Shown here one piece after another: positions 38,695-51,368 of a stretch of 64,000 nucleotides of DNA. The notes under the pieces are model-generated. The model saw only the letters and a list, made by a program, of their open reading frames with translations, was not told the origin of the DNA and searched no databases. Location: positions 33,790,001 to 33,854,000 of the forward strand of contig NC_043001.1 in NCBI RefSeq assembly GCF_006345805.1. The letters are read 5' to 3'. The DNA comes from Octopus sinensis. Its lineage: Eukaryota. The translations under genes and the position numbers were made by a program. Position 1 is the first letter of the stretch; the number at the start of each line of letters is the position of its first letter.

Positions 38695-39852
38695 AAATTC
38701 TACGCAAAGAAAAATCATAACTTTACGACTCTTCCTTAGACGGTTTCTAAGAATCAGAAAAGAGTCATAAATCGTTTTCTATTTTCTCTTCTATTTCTTT
38801 AGTTTTGCCATCGTCAGCGATGACAAGAAAAGTGAAAGTAGAAAAATGCGCGCGTGTGCTTTTGTATTTATGTGTGCGCATGTGCATTATATGACTTCAT
38901 AAATCGAAAAATCACCAATAATTTGTCGACAATAAGCACTTTAATGATGCCCAATGCGGATAACTTCGCCAGAACTTGTAAAATAATAACCGGCACTGAC
39001 TAATGATATAACGAAAATTTTAGGAAAATAAAAATAAGAAATAAGTGGAAATTTTACCGGTGAGTGTTAAATTATAAGGCACAAAAAGAAAATGACTCTC
39101 CCCAGACACAACCGATTATTACCTAACATCTCTCAAAATGCAAACTAGGGTCTGAACTTCGTTTCTCGTGAAAAGGAAAACTTTATATACAACTATGAGC
39201 CCAAGATTTATAGGCTCTGCGTATACGAAAGATGTTAGTATTTATGAACAGCGCTGTTGCTTTTCAATTCACTTGCTACCACATGAACAAACACTTATAC
39301 AAAACACTTCGTTTCCAGTACCCTATGAAAAGTAAAAGTGTTTACCTTATCAAAAGTGTTCTAACGATGGTTTTGACGAATTATTGGAAAAATTTAGATC
39401 CGCGTGGTATTTATAACAGATAATGATAAACTCGGACAATTATTTAAATATGATCGTCAGTTGTATTAAAAAACATTCACTTTCCGATCATAAAAATACT
39501 TCCATATTTTCTATTGGATACGCTTCTTTTTTTTCTACAAAAATCCATTGTTTTTGACCTGGAAATGAAATGCCAAAATATGATTGTGTAGTATCAAGTT
39601 TCTGGGAATTCTAAGAAAACAAAATCATAACACTTCACATCTCTTTTCAGCGGTTTTCGAAAATTCTACGCAAAAAAAGTCATAACTTTACGACTCTTCC
39701 TTAGACGGTTTCTAAGAATCGGAAATGAGTCGTAAATCGTTTTCTATTTTCTCTTTGATCTTTCTGCCATCGTCAGTGACGACATCAAGAAAAGTGAAAG
39801 TAGAAAACTGCGCGCGTGTGCGTTTCTATTTATGTGTGCGCATGTGCATTAC
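38695..39852. repeat. Local direct duplication of ~195 bp (38695-38890 and 39660-39852)
   Basis: AAAATTCTACGCAAA...CTTTACGACTCTTCCTTAGACGGTTTCTAAGAATC...GCGCGCGTGTGC...TGTGTGCGCATGTGCATTA occurs twice. Confidence 0.93.
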
Positions 39853-39889
39853 TATTGTTCACGTCTACACGTTTCATAAATATGGGGAA

Positions 39890-40181
39890 TCTTTCACTCA
39901 TTTCAATCATTGGATTTCGACCATGCTGGGATACCGCCTTTGGAAGTTTTGATCGATCGAGTTGTCCCAATACTTATTTTTTAAAGCCGAACCGCTACGT
40001 TACGGAGTCGGAAACAAACCAAAGCTGGTTGTCAAGCGGTGGTGGGTAAACAAACACACAAATACAAACACATCGGCCCGGGGACTTTGTAGAAGACACT
40101 TGCCCAAGGTGCTAAACAGTGGGATCGAACCCAGAGTCATGTGGTTGGGAAGCAAACTTATTACACAACCACACCTGCGCC
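39890..40181 (-). mobile_element. Degenerate SINE copy
   Basis: Reverse-complement match to the SINE head (GAAGACACTTGCCCAAGG...GGGATCGAACCC) and tail. Confidence 0.75.
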
Positions 40182-40288
40182 TACTCTATAGGAGAGGTGG
40201 AAATTATCTAGTTTTCAAAAGTTTTTTTTTTTCCTATTTTATTTGTTTTCTGTGTGTTTTCTTTTTGTTTGTTTTTTGTACTTGTATG

Positions 40289-40731
40289 TTTTAAAACATC
40301 AAAGATTATGATTCTGCAAAAGTACAAAAAAAAAATGTTTTTCAAAATCTGATTTTTTTTTAAATTTTCACCTTCCGCCTTTTCGTAATTTTTCCTTTTT
40401 GACTTTTTTTTTTACGAAAAAATTTCCAACTGTAATTTAAACATTGATTATGATTCCAAGAAGAAAAAGAAAAGGTTACTTTTCTACTTTTTGCCTTTTC
40501 CCTCAACTTTCCATAACTATTTCGTTTTTTACTTTTCTGTGTGTGTGTGTGTGTGTTTTTTTTTTTTCTTGTATTTAACTTTTTCAAATATTATACAACG
40601 ATAGAATTTCACAATATCCAACCTTTTGATGGTATTTCGTTTTGAATATTTTTTATATAAATATTGGCGGTGGAGGAGGGCAGTTTTTTTGGGTTTTTTT
40701 ACACAAATTCTAATCTCTGATGTTTAAAACA
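40289..40731. mobile_element. Degenerate AT-rich foldback/MITE-like element; related copy ~31765-32150
   Basis: Imperfect inverted ends TTTAAAACATCAAAGATTATGATTC / AAATTCTAATCTCTGATGTTTAAAA. Confidence 0.45.
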
Positions 40732-41641
40732 CATAAATCAGAAGTGCCATTTTAGTGGACCAGATCATTCCTACCCCTATTTCTACAGAATCAGTAACAA
40801 TATGTTGCAATTGATCGAGACAATATTTTTACTTGCTGTGTAAATGTTTATCTGATGATAAGCAGTGAGAATTAAAAGAATATGTTTTGGAAGTTTAGTA
40901 GAGATGGTTTGTCACCTTGAAAGATGGAGACCTTGAGGTTGTTGATCTCTGCCTGGCTCTGAGTATGACATCATGATTGATTGATACAAATAATCTTGTG
41001 AATTTTCACTTTATCAGTAACTTCTCTCCCCTCTCTCTAAATGTTAATGTATTTATTTAATTTATTATATTAATGTATAATTGTTATTCCAATCACAATG
41101 TATAAATGGTATTTCTGTGCTACAGCGGGGCAAAAAAATAACTGCTGATGAAGCTATACATCCGCTTCGAGATATCGGATACAGATCATTCATTTGACAG
41201 AGAAGACTTCAAGGTAAATGACCTAGAGAACATAATAGTTCAGAATGATGAAGACTGATTTCAATGAGTCTGATACAGATGTTCAAACAAATTTGGGACG
41301 TAAGGTGTTTCTATGAACACTTTACAGTTTATGGACTCTCAAGTTATAGAAGAAAAAAATTGACAGAAGTTAAACTACAAACAGAAAGTAGAAGCAATGA
41401 CAGTTAGACAGAAAGCAGAAGAAATGACATTCATATGAAGCATGGTAAAAGGTTAACCAATTACAATATTTAGATTATTCATAGATGAACTCCTGCTACA
41501 GCTCATGGGAAACTACTCAGACCTTTGTAGTAAGAGCAATGCCATTTTTTAAACCACTTGAGGAATTGGAAATGTTCATTGGCTTCCAAATTCCTAGAAG
41601 GATTCTCGTAAGAAATACTTCTCTCAAACTTTTGTGAAATA

Positions 41642-42042
41642 GGTGCAGGAGTGGCTGTGTGGTAAGTAGCTTACTTACTAACCACATGGTTCCGGGTTCA
41701 GTCCCACTGCATGGCACCTTGGGCAAGTGTCTTCTACTATAGCCTCGGGCCGACCAAAGCCTTGTGAGTGGATTTGGTAGACGGAAACTGAAAGAAGCCC
41801 GTCGTATATATGTATGTATATATATGCGTTTGTGTGTCTGTGTTTGTCCCCCTAGCATTGCTTGACAACCGATGCTGGTGTGTTTATGTCTCTGTTACTT
41901 AGCGGTTCGGCAAAAGAGACCGATAGAATAAGTACTGGGCTTACAAAACAATAAGTCCTGGGGTCAAGTTGCTCGATTAAAGGCGGTGCTCCAGCATGGC
42001 TGCAGTCAAATGACTGAAAGAAGTAAAAGAGTAAAGAGAGTA
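41642..42042 (+). mobile_element. Full-length, young tRNA-derived SINE (same family as 15469)
   Basis: Collinear and highly similar to 15469-15874. Confidence 0.93.
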
Positions 42043-43901
42043 AACAATGGCAGTGGGAACCATATTAAAGCTCAATGAATAAAGGCCATGCTGAATGTAT
42101 AATGGAGCACTTGCACTTCGATTGCATTAACATATACAGAGAAAGAAGGCCAACAGATGAATTAATGGACACACATTAGCTTGTAGTCCACAGGAATGCT
42201 ACCTCCTCTCTTTGTCACTACTACAAAGGTCACTGTTCGTTGGACCCAGCTGATCTCATAGTTCCCCCACATAGGCATCTGTGATCAGTCATCTCTTCAG
42301 CTCTCATCATCCTTGCTATCCTCCCTCCATAGCTCCATACTAACCACTATGCCCACTTTTCCCTCCCAAGAACATTGTCCCTTTGGAATCTCCTCCCTGC
42401 TTGTATGTTTATCTGCAAGTGTTTACCTGCAAAAATTTGAACAGAGCATTAACAGCATCTGGATCATCAGTGTTCAAAAGTCTTCAAAAGTCATGGTCAC
42501 TGCCCCTTCATTCAAACTCAGTAAGTAGAAAGTAAAAATTTTTTTAAAAACCCAGAAAACTAGGGTTTAGTTCTGCAAATATTTCATCTCTTCCCTGTGT
42601 GAGTCTCAGAGTGTCTACAACAGTCACAGATACTGCTTGTCTTTTTCAGACTAGACCGTTAATAGAAAAACAAAATCCACCACAAACAGCTTCCAATACA
42701 ACAGAGATGCACTAAAGCAGAATAGTAGATATGCTCTATAACAGCATCATCACTATACCCACGGCTTCTATCAAAATAATACTAACATCATCAACTGATC
42801 AGGCACTGTTAGAAAGAAATTATTTTTGCCTTCACATACACTTTCAGATCCATATCTGTGTCGTAGTTGATTTCCTGAAATACAACATATCCATCCAATC
42901 AATACACCTACTAATATAAATATATATATATATAACATTACTTGATTTTGGAAAAAAACCTTGTATCAGGACTGTTAAGTTTTAGTTCGAAAGTTTCCAC
43001 TTTCAGCTTAAGCAGGTTTTCATTTCAACTAATGCTTGTCTAACCCCTTCCTTATTCCCCTCTTGCCCTTCTTCCCTCTCTGTGTGTGTATTTATATATC
43101 AAACAAATCGACACAAAACAGCAAAGTTGGTTGATAAAATATTAAACAAACTCTCCTGTTTTTGTTCTGTTGTCACTATGTCCTGTTTTGGTTTTGTTGT
43201 CACTATGTACTCAGTGACACACACAACTGCAAATTCCAACCAAATGATATATAGATGACTGTAATGTTCTTAGTTTCTCTTCAGTCATACAGAAATACAG
43301 TACTGGTTATTTGTCATGTAGCTTAAATTTTTAAAGATCTCTCTCTGTGTAAGTTGTGATAAATATTTCATATTTTTATGTGGTTTATTTGAGGTCCTTT
43401 CTTCACAGTTATTGTGATTCACATAGATATAAGCTCATAGCACTGACTACAGATTGAATCATTGTGCACTTTCAGCAATTAAGTATTTTATTTTATTTTA
43501 GCTGAACTTAAATTACAATACTTTTAGTTTCATATACATCTATCTACATCAACTATATAGCTCCTGGTATATTTTTAAGCACACTAACAAATTATATCTT
43601 TGCATTGGAGAATACTGTGAAGCTATTTTTCATGGCCTTTCTAAGACAGTTTTTTTTTTTATTTCCCCGGTGATATGTAAAGCAATTGGTTCAATCATTT
43701 TCTCACTCCTAGTCAATCTATATGCTTATCTTTCATGACACTAACATCAACCCACTCATCACCATCACAACTGGAAACTCTCCTCTTTTTGCTGCATGTA
43801 AAAATTTAACACTATCACAATCAATGGACATGATGAAAAGCAGGTGTGGAGAGAGTATAGTGAGGTGAGCAGATGGTGTGATTTGAAGGAACACATTAAA
43901 A

Positions 43902-44291
43902 GGATCTTTTCGGTTTGACCGGCAGTTTTTTAAAATAATTTCCACGTAACTAAACACTTTTAAACTTCGTATACTGGTAGAATGTGTTTATAAAATATCT
44001 TTTTCTCTTGGCTTTATTGAGAAAATTCTATAGTTTGTAAGATATTTGTTGTTTTTTTTTCTTCAATTTTTGCAATTTCAACCAATCAATGACGTCTATT
44101 GAGGTGAAAACATTCTGTGCCGTATGAAAAAAAGATACCCTTCCCCCCACCTCTAACCCTAACCCTAACTAAACCTAATTCTAACCCTAAAACAGATTGA
44201 AATGCAATAGATCGATACTAGGATCATAATTATGGGTGACAATTTCATATGACACTGCTAGAAAAAACTGCCGGTCAAACCGAAAAGATCC
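43902..44291 (+). mobile_element. MITE of the same family, 8-bp TSD CATTAAAA
   Basis: TSD at 43894-43901 and 44292-44299; ~29-bp TIRs; internal TAACCC-like repeats at ~44154-44190. Confidence 0.95.
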
Positions 44292-45999
44292 CATTAAAAT
44301 TCTGTGTAGGTAGCAACATTTGGCTTGGCCGAGTGGGCATATTGTAAGCAGAGAAATAGATACATTGATCAACTGAAGTAGTTAGATCATATTGTGATAG
44401 AATAATAAAACTAGAAAGAGTTTACAGAGAGGTTCCCAACCTTATTTTGATTGTAGACCCCGAGAGCTATCTTAACATCTGTGGACCCTGTATATGCACG
44501 TGTAAATTTTTAAAATAAAATATTTGTTTGTAGGTTAGTAAAAACTAACAATGAAACAATTTCGTTATATTCATAACATAAATTCCAAATACAAATCTTG
44601 AAAATTTCAATAAATACAGGTACCTCTCCTTGTAAACAAAATTTATATATGAACCCACAAACTACAATTTTTTACTCATGAACCCCATTAAAGCTTCTGT
44701 GAACCCCGGTTCACCTGATTTAAAGCATAGCTAACTCAGAAGAATCAGCTCAAGTTATATGTAGTGGATTTTGTGATTGGATAGTGTACAACTACACCCC
44801 TGTCCTTAGTGATTTAAGAACAAGAGAAGTTCATAGCTAACACCAAACCACTAAACCTATTCTTTATTGACCTTCACCTTTGACAAGGTGCCTGCAGTTT
44901 GAAGGTCACAAAGAAAACTAAGTGTAGATGAATAATTTGCAAGAGCCATGTACAGAGATGTTATCTCTGTACACACACCCTGAGGAAATTTTCTTCCTGT
45001 AATTTATCATTCATCCACAAAGACAAAGAACCTTGCATTTGTGACACTGCTATTCCTTGTTTGTTATCTGCAGTTGAATCAACTTCACTTTTCTCGTTAT
45101 TAACTTATTTTACTTATAGCTTAACACATTGATTTATTACTGTTTTTATTATTTGATTTGGTCTGCTAGAAGAGGCTATATTCATGGTATTCACAGGCCC
45201 TTCCCCAAAGGCTGGTGGAACCAAGTGCTTCTCTGGAATATATATATATATGAATACTTAAAATCAAGCTACAGGATAAAAAATGTTCATCCGTACATAT
45301 GCACATACAAATATTACACACACATACATATATATATGTAATGTACACATGTATGTGTTGACAGTTTTCTTTTATCAATTCCACTCAAAAGGCTGTGGGG
45401 TCAGTTTGGTGCTATAGTAGAAAACACTTGCCCAAGGTTCCACACAGTGGGATTAAACCCAGAACCATGCAATAAGGAAATAAACCGTGCCTGTATTGTC
45501 ATGCTTGCGCTAACATGTTAATTTTTTTTTTTTTATATTTGCTTTTCCATACATAGATTAAACTAATATGTGATTCAACTAACTGCACTGTATTTCATAA
45601 GGGTTCACTCAGGTCTGTGCAACAAAGAAGCCTATTTGTCACATATTTTTCTTTGATGATACAACTATTATACAGACTTGTACAAAAGAAAAGTGAAATG
45701 GTGCGAGAGAAGTGACATACTTTTTTTCCATATCTGGACTGTGTTGTTTTTCAATGGCTAAAGGTAGAAAAATGCTATGTTGTAGACCGTAGGAAACAGG
45801 CAGATAGTTGTTATTGTTGTTGCATTCAACGTTAACTTCAGGACCCAAAATTGAAAGTGACTTAGTGTTAATGCTAGTCGAATGGAAAAATAATTTGATT
45901 CAATTTTAAAATAATTTTATATATGTTAAAGACGACACTAGCAGATAATCATTATGAAGTCTAATTGAAGCATTGTGCAAATAACAACCAAGATTTATA

Positions 46000-46850
46000 G
46001 TTTAAACAGCTTGAAATTAAGCAAGTGCTCAGTTCAAATTTTTGCTGCACACACTTAGCTATGGTAACAGCAATGGAATGAAAAGAGTAGGTGTATTGTT
46101 GGCAGAGAAATGGATAGAGTAACTGAAGTAGCTGGTATACATTTAAATGGTTAAGCTCTGGTTAGTCATAGACAACACTGTAGTGATACTTATCTCTGCA
46201 TACATGCCATAATCAGATAGAAGAATAGACAGACTAACTTTTATGAGACCATCCTGCAGCCTATCTCAATAATAAATGACAGTGACCTTACTAGCTTGGC
46301 TGGTGATTTTAATGGACATTTTGGGCAACATTATAATGGCTTTTCTGTCATACATGGATGTTATGGGGAATGAGAAAAGATCAAGGCTACTAACAAAAAT
46401 GACCTATATGCAAGACTAACTTCAATAAAACTTCCCGTCAGCTTAATCACCAATCAATTAGGCAAATGCACAAGTGGGAGAGCCATCATACCCACAAAGA
46501 AATGACATTGATAGCTGTTGTTGAATAACTTTGCACTCAAACATTGTTTAATGATTACTAACTTTAGAATAAGACTTAGATAAACCTAGTCACAGAACAC
46601 TCTGGAGAAGGAAAAATAAAAGCTGAAAGAGCCTTTAACCAGTCATAGGTTCAGAGAATTTCTAGTCGATGCATAAGACAGAAGGAAGAAGGAGAGAGAG
46701 AGAGAAAGAGACTAATAGCATAAAGGACAACCTTCTAAGTATTACATATCACATTTGTGGCTAATGTATGGCACTAGCTAGATGGAAAGTGATGGGTGTT
46801 ATTGTTAGAGAAGTGGATAGGTTAATTTGAATGGTACTATAGCCATTGTA
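46000..46850 (+). mobile_element. Decayed RTE LINE endonuclease region
   Basis: GVGVLLAEKWI, ISAYMP and LAGDFNGH (APE motifs) with stops. Confidence 0.7.
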
Positions 46851-46916
46851 AAACAACAAAGTTCAGATATGGAAAAAAGTATGTCATGTATTTTGCATAA
46901 TTTCATCTTTTTTGTT

Positions 46917-48811
46917 CAAATCTGTACAATACTTGTATCATCAAAGAGAGATATGTGAGAAATAGGATATCTTTGTTGCATAGACCTAAGTGGACCCTTA
47001 TCAAATACAGTGCATTAGTTGAATGACTTGGTGTTATCCACAAATCCAGTGATCCAAGGGACTACTCAATCAGACGTGAAGTAGTTTATTGTATGGAGTA
47101 CAGTGTGGGAAGCTAAGCAGAGTGCTTTCTCTCAATGCTCCACCAACTCTAGAATGCCAGTTTACCTGAGCAGACCTAAGATTACTGGCATTCCAACTAT
47201 GACTATCTCCATCATTTGGCAAATCTGGAACTTCATCATCAAAAGTGCCTTTCCCATTTTTAAGATGGTGGAGGATGATCTGAAGGAAATTTGACCACAT
47301 AGAGGACTTAATTCCTCCTGTTTTCCTGGTGGTCTTCAACCAATAAATGCAGATGTGAAGTGTTAGTTTTGACTCTATAATTTGTTGTGATATTTTGTGC
47401 AGAAGTTGGAAGCAAAGTAAAACTGGTATAATCCATAATGGTTCTAATATATTTTTGTACACTAGCACTGTTTATTTGTGTTAAGCAAATACTGTGACTA
47501 TGAATTACTTAAGTATATTTATGTATGATTTAACTTTCTATACTGTGGCTTCTATGTGTGCTGCAAACGACAAAGAAATTAAGAAGCAGCATAAAACAAG
47601 TTTGGTGACTGAAATTATTTTAGTTATAATAGAAGAACAAGCAAGTTATAACTGTTGCCCTCAAGTAGATGGTTTTGCTTGATCTGCAGAAAAGGAGAAG
47701 GTAGGACTCTATATGGTGTATATAAAGTGTACTATATGCTCACAAGATTTGTACTGGAATCAGCCAGATTAACAAAAGATGCATGAGGATAATTAGGTGT
47801 CAAAAGTACTACTAAAATAATTTCTTTTTAATCTTGAATAGCTCTTAGAAGCAGTTGATAGTTTCTGTTGTCCAAGCAGCTTAATCAGCATACAGGAGGG
47901 TGCTCTAATTGCATGGTACCCAGTATAAGATTAAGGTGGGAAAAGTTCAAGAGCTATCGTCTCTGTAGGCAACATGTTATTTGTGCACAAAGTGCAATGA
48001 TGCATGATAGCAGGCAATAACACAGAAGATGAACAAAGGTTGGAGAAAAATGAAGCAAACATGCTCTACTGGGGGTGTAATATTAGTATACGTGAACAAT
48101 ATGATACAGATGAGCTGCAAGATAAACTAGGTGGGTATAAAAGGAGTCAGATAAAGCATGCAAGAACAAAGAGTGCACTGATACAGACATGAGAAGCATG
48201 TGGAAGATAACAGATGGGTAAAGAAGTGCTAAGATATACAATGGGAAGGAAACTGTAAAAGAGGAAGACATGGGCAGAAGTGTTAAAAGTTGAGCTTAGG
48301 ATTTTGAACTTCACACAAGAAATGAAAAAAGTGTACAACTGGTGAGATGTTACATCAGAAAAGACCCATCTAACTCGTGCAAACATGGGAAAGTGGACAT
48401 AAACATGATGAGGATATATGTATATATTCATTTTAATGTTTTAATCAAGTGGAAAGCACTGTGAACATGACTTTTGGCAACCCTCCAAGATTGATGAAGT
48501 TGATGTTTAGCTTAAACAGCTGTGAGTTGATGGCTGCTTGATAGATGCAAGCAAGAAAGGAATTCAAAAGAGTTAACATCTCTTTTTTGTATAAATCTGT
48601 ATAATACTTGTATCATCAAAGATATAAAATATAATATTAGTGATAAGAATAAAGGAGAGATATGTGACAAATAGGCTGTCTTTGTTGCATACACCTAAGT
48701 AAACCCTTATGAAATACAGTGCATTAGTTGAATGACTTGGTGTTATCCACAAATCCAGTGATCCGAAGGACTACACTACTCAATCAGATATGAAGTAGTT
48801 TATTGTATGGA
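46917..48811. repeat. Local direct duplication of ~180-215 bp (46917-47097 and 48593-48811)
   Basis: AAATCTGTA.AATACTTGTATCATCAAAGA...CAGTGCATTAGTTGAATGACTTGGTGTTATCCACAAATCCAGTGATCC...GTAGTTTATTGTATGGA occurs twice, with decayed RTE sequence between. Confidence 0.92.
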
Positions 48812-49031
48812 AGAAAAGATACAGAATATTTGGCAAGCAGAAATCTATTTCAGTAAAGTGAACTTTGGAGGAGGTGGTAAGTTACTAGCTAAGCTCTGAG
48901 AAACAGAAGCCAATGTTGTAGGCAGCAGAAATGTCAATTAAGGAAACAGTGTATCTGTGAACTAGAGCTTGGCCAGTATTTGCTAATCAGTCAGGTGTTT
49001 TGTTTTAGATGTAGTCTCAGATGTTTGAATA

Positions 49032-49801
49032 CAAAGTGTTCAGGCTACATTTGATGATTTTTTTTTTTTTGTATGTCTCCTTTTTTCAGGAACAGCTTGA
49101 TGTATTGGTGAACTGTCTATGATGTTGGAGAGCATAAAGATTAAAGTTGTAGTAGAGAAAAAGTAAGCTGACATGGAGAGATGGGAAGCCACCTGAATAT
49201 TGGAAAAGAGCTACCTGTAACATGATGATTTGCACCAGTACCAAAATGTTGGCATCATGACTGCTACTCAACGCACTGTGAAAACTGTAATGATTGTGAG
49301 TCGTATGGACAGCCAAAAATGTGACTACAAAACCATAGCCAGCAAGAAGGGACACAGCAGATATTCTGACTGTGTCCATACACTGGAATTCATTCCAACA
49401 TCTTTGAACAGGGCTTTAGGCTCAATTCGGACAGCTATGTGAAGCTGCTGGAAGGTCATATGTGTGGCAGGTGGATTCAGCTCCTTGCCATACTTCCAGA
49501 AAGAGTCAGAAGTTTCTGACCTAATTTCCCCACTTGTAATCCCATAGATTACTATGCATGGGGCACAGTTGAGAAAGACACCAGCAGCTCTGCATGCAAT
49601 ACCAAAGCTAAGCTGGTGGCCAAGATCAAGGAGGTATTCAAAAATCTTCCCAGTGACACAACAACGAATGCACACCAGATTCCAAAACCATGGTGGAAGC
49701 TGAGGGCAGCTACTTTGAGTAAACAGCTATCTCCTAGCCATATTCTAGTTGATATTTTTTAATATTCTATACCAACTATCAAAGCTAGCCTGAACACCTT
49801 G
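49032..49801 (+). mobile_element. Internally deleted Tc1/mariner element (DD37D/maT-like) with TA TSD
   Basis: TA|CAAAGTGTTCAGGCTACATTTGAT ... ATCAAAGCTAGCCTGAACACCTTG|TA. Remnant motifs DSAPCHTSRKSQK and PNFPTCNPIDYYAWG. Confidence 0.85.
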
Positions 49802-50034
49802 TACATAGCAGCTGTACTTTCCCAGATGTGGGAACATCATTCTATTGTGGATTTCACCTGACCTTTGTAGAAAGTCAACAGCTATTCAGTGATGAAGTAT
49901 TTTCTGGTTCTAAAGAAGATGGATCATCTTTGCAACATAATTTTTTGCTTTTGGATTGTCAGGAGAGAACAGACTGTCAGTGAATGGGAAATAAGTAGTT
50001 ATGGCATAAGATTTTGTGATAGGAACTCACAACA

Positions 50035-50975
50035 GCTTTGTTGATAAGTGCAATGACATTATTTTTGTAAAATTTCTTATTAGTGAAAGATCACCAGTGA
50101 GTCACAGAGGAGAGCAGATCCTTAGAGGATCTGGCTCAATGTATGCTATAGTGGCAGTCATTGAGAGGGGGCGGAGAGACCAAAGATGATAAGCAGTGCA
50201 CTAAGTCTGTCTGTGCTAAGATTAAAATTTAATAGAGTATTACAATAACAAGGAATTTCTGCACTAAACTATTAATCTCAACATTGATAGAAACTTTGAG
50301 GTTCAAATTGAGTGTTGACTAAGATTAGAGAGTGTGAGGTGTCAGTTTATTACGTGCATGTTTATTTATGAGTATTTGTATTATGAAAGAAACAAGATTT
50401 TCACCCATTTCATGTTTGTTTTAAGGCTGCTAGTGCAAATTCAGCATAGAATGTGGATGGTACCTGTGCACCAAAGGTTAGGAACAAGTGAAGAACTGCA
50501 ACATCTGCAGAGAATGAACAAGTTTGAGACTACTGAGTGTAAATTATTAATGTATAAGATTAAGAATTTGCATAGCATTACTGAACATTGGAGCATACCA
50601 GATTTGATAGAGTGTGAGTCAAAGATAGCCACATCACATACACTACAATAAAGCAATCTGACAAGAAGCATCTAACCCAAGAGATGAGAAATATGTAATT
50701 TTGACTTGAGAATTTTGTGATATGCACTCTTGCTGCTTTGCTGATGTCAAGTGCAATGACATCGTTTTTGTAAAACTTGTCATAGGTGAAGGATCACCAG
50801 TGAGTCACAGAAGAGAGCAGGTCCCAAGAGGATCTTACTCTATGCATGCTATACTGGTGGTAATTGAGTGGGGTGAAAAGCCAAAGATGATAGGCAGTGC
50901 ACCAAAGCTGTCTGTGCTTAGATAAAAATTAAATAGAATATTACAACAAGAAATTCCTGCAGTAAGTTATTAATA
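50035..50975. repeat. Local direct duplication of ~240 bp (50035-50280 and 50735-50975)
   Basis: AAGTGCAATGACAT...GATCACCAGTGAGTCACAGA.GAGAGCAG...CCAAAGATGATA.GCAGTGCAC...CTGTCTGTGCT occurs twice. Confidence 0.9.
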
Positions 50976-51129
50976 TCAAGTTTATAATTTCAAATACTAC
51001 TCAAGTTGTTTCCTGTATCACTATATAAAGCAAATCATCTGAGTTAATAATTTTGGGTTTATTAAAATGAAAAATAAGTATCAGCCTTATTTTAAAATTG
51101 TGCTTCAAAATTATATAAAGCTGTATTTA

Positions 51130-51169
<40 letters not shown>

Positions 51170-51173
<4 letters not shown>

Positions 51174-51368
51174 ATCCAAACATGAAAAGACAAAGAGAAA
51201 ACACAACAACGCAAGGACGTGGAACAAATATAGTATTATTGGACGCTCAGAAAGGAAGGGTAAAAGGAGGGTTTAACGTTACGAGCGGAGCTCTTCGTCA
51301 GAAACATAGGAGAAGGGAAGACAGAGGAAAAAAAATCGCCAACAGTACACACATGGTCACATTTTGAA
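51170..51368 (-). mobile_element. ~200-bp Penelope-type non-autonomous element inserted in (TA)n
   Basis: Bounded by (TA)n on both sides; carries a hammerhead motif. Confidence 0.7.
51271..51305 (-). ncRNA. Minimal type I hammerhead ribozyme motif, A13U variant
   Basis: GTTT-CTGACGA-A-GAGC(TCC)GCTC-GTAAC-GTT-AAAC. Confidence 0.75.

Larger units (their letters stand above)
33700..40150. promoter_or_regulatory. CpG-retaining intronic block, possible internal or bidirectional promoter
   Basis: CG dinucleotides are visibly more frequent than in flanking intron (not counted). NRF1-like TGCGCATGTGCA occurs twice; strong orphan splice donors occur on both strands. Confidence 0.45.

Noticed and set aside
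38770-38825. Minus-strand CTGACGA...GAAA
   Set aside because: No stem II between the two core segments.
41140-41190. CTGATGA-AGC...GCT as a hammerhead, or a plus-strand coding exon 41126-41213
   Set aside because: No GAAA follows stem II, and the peptide is not recognisable. It could still be a non-coding exon or a decayed transposon.
44154-44190. Interstitial telomere
   Set aside because: Only a few degenerate TAACCC units, internal to a MITE.
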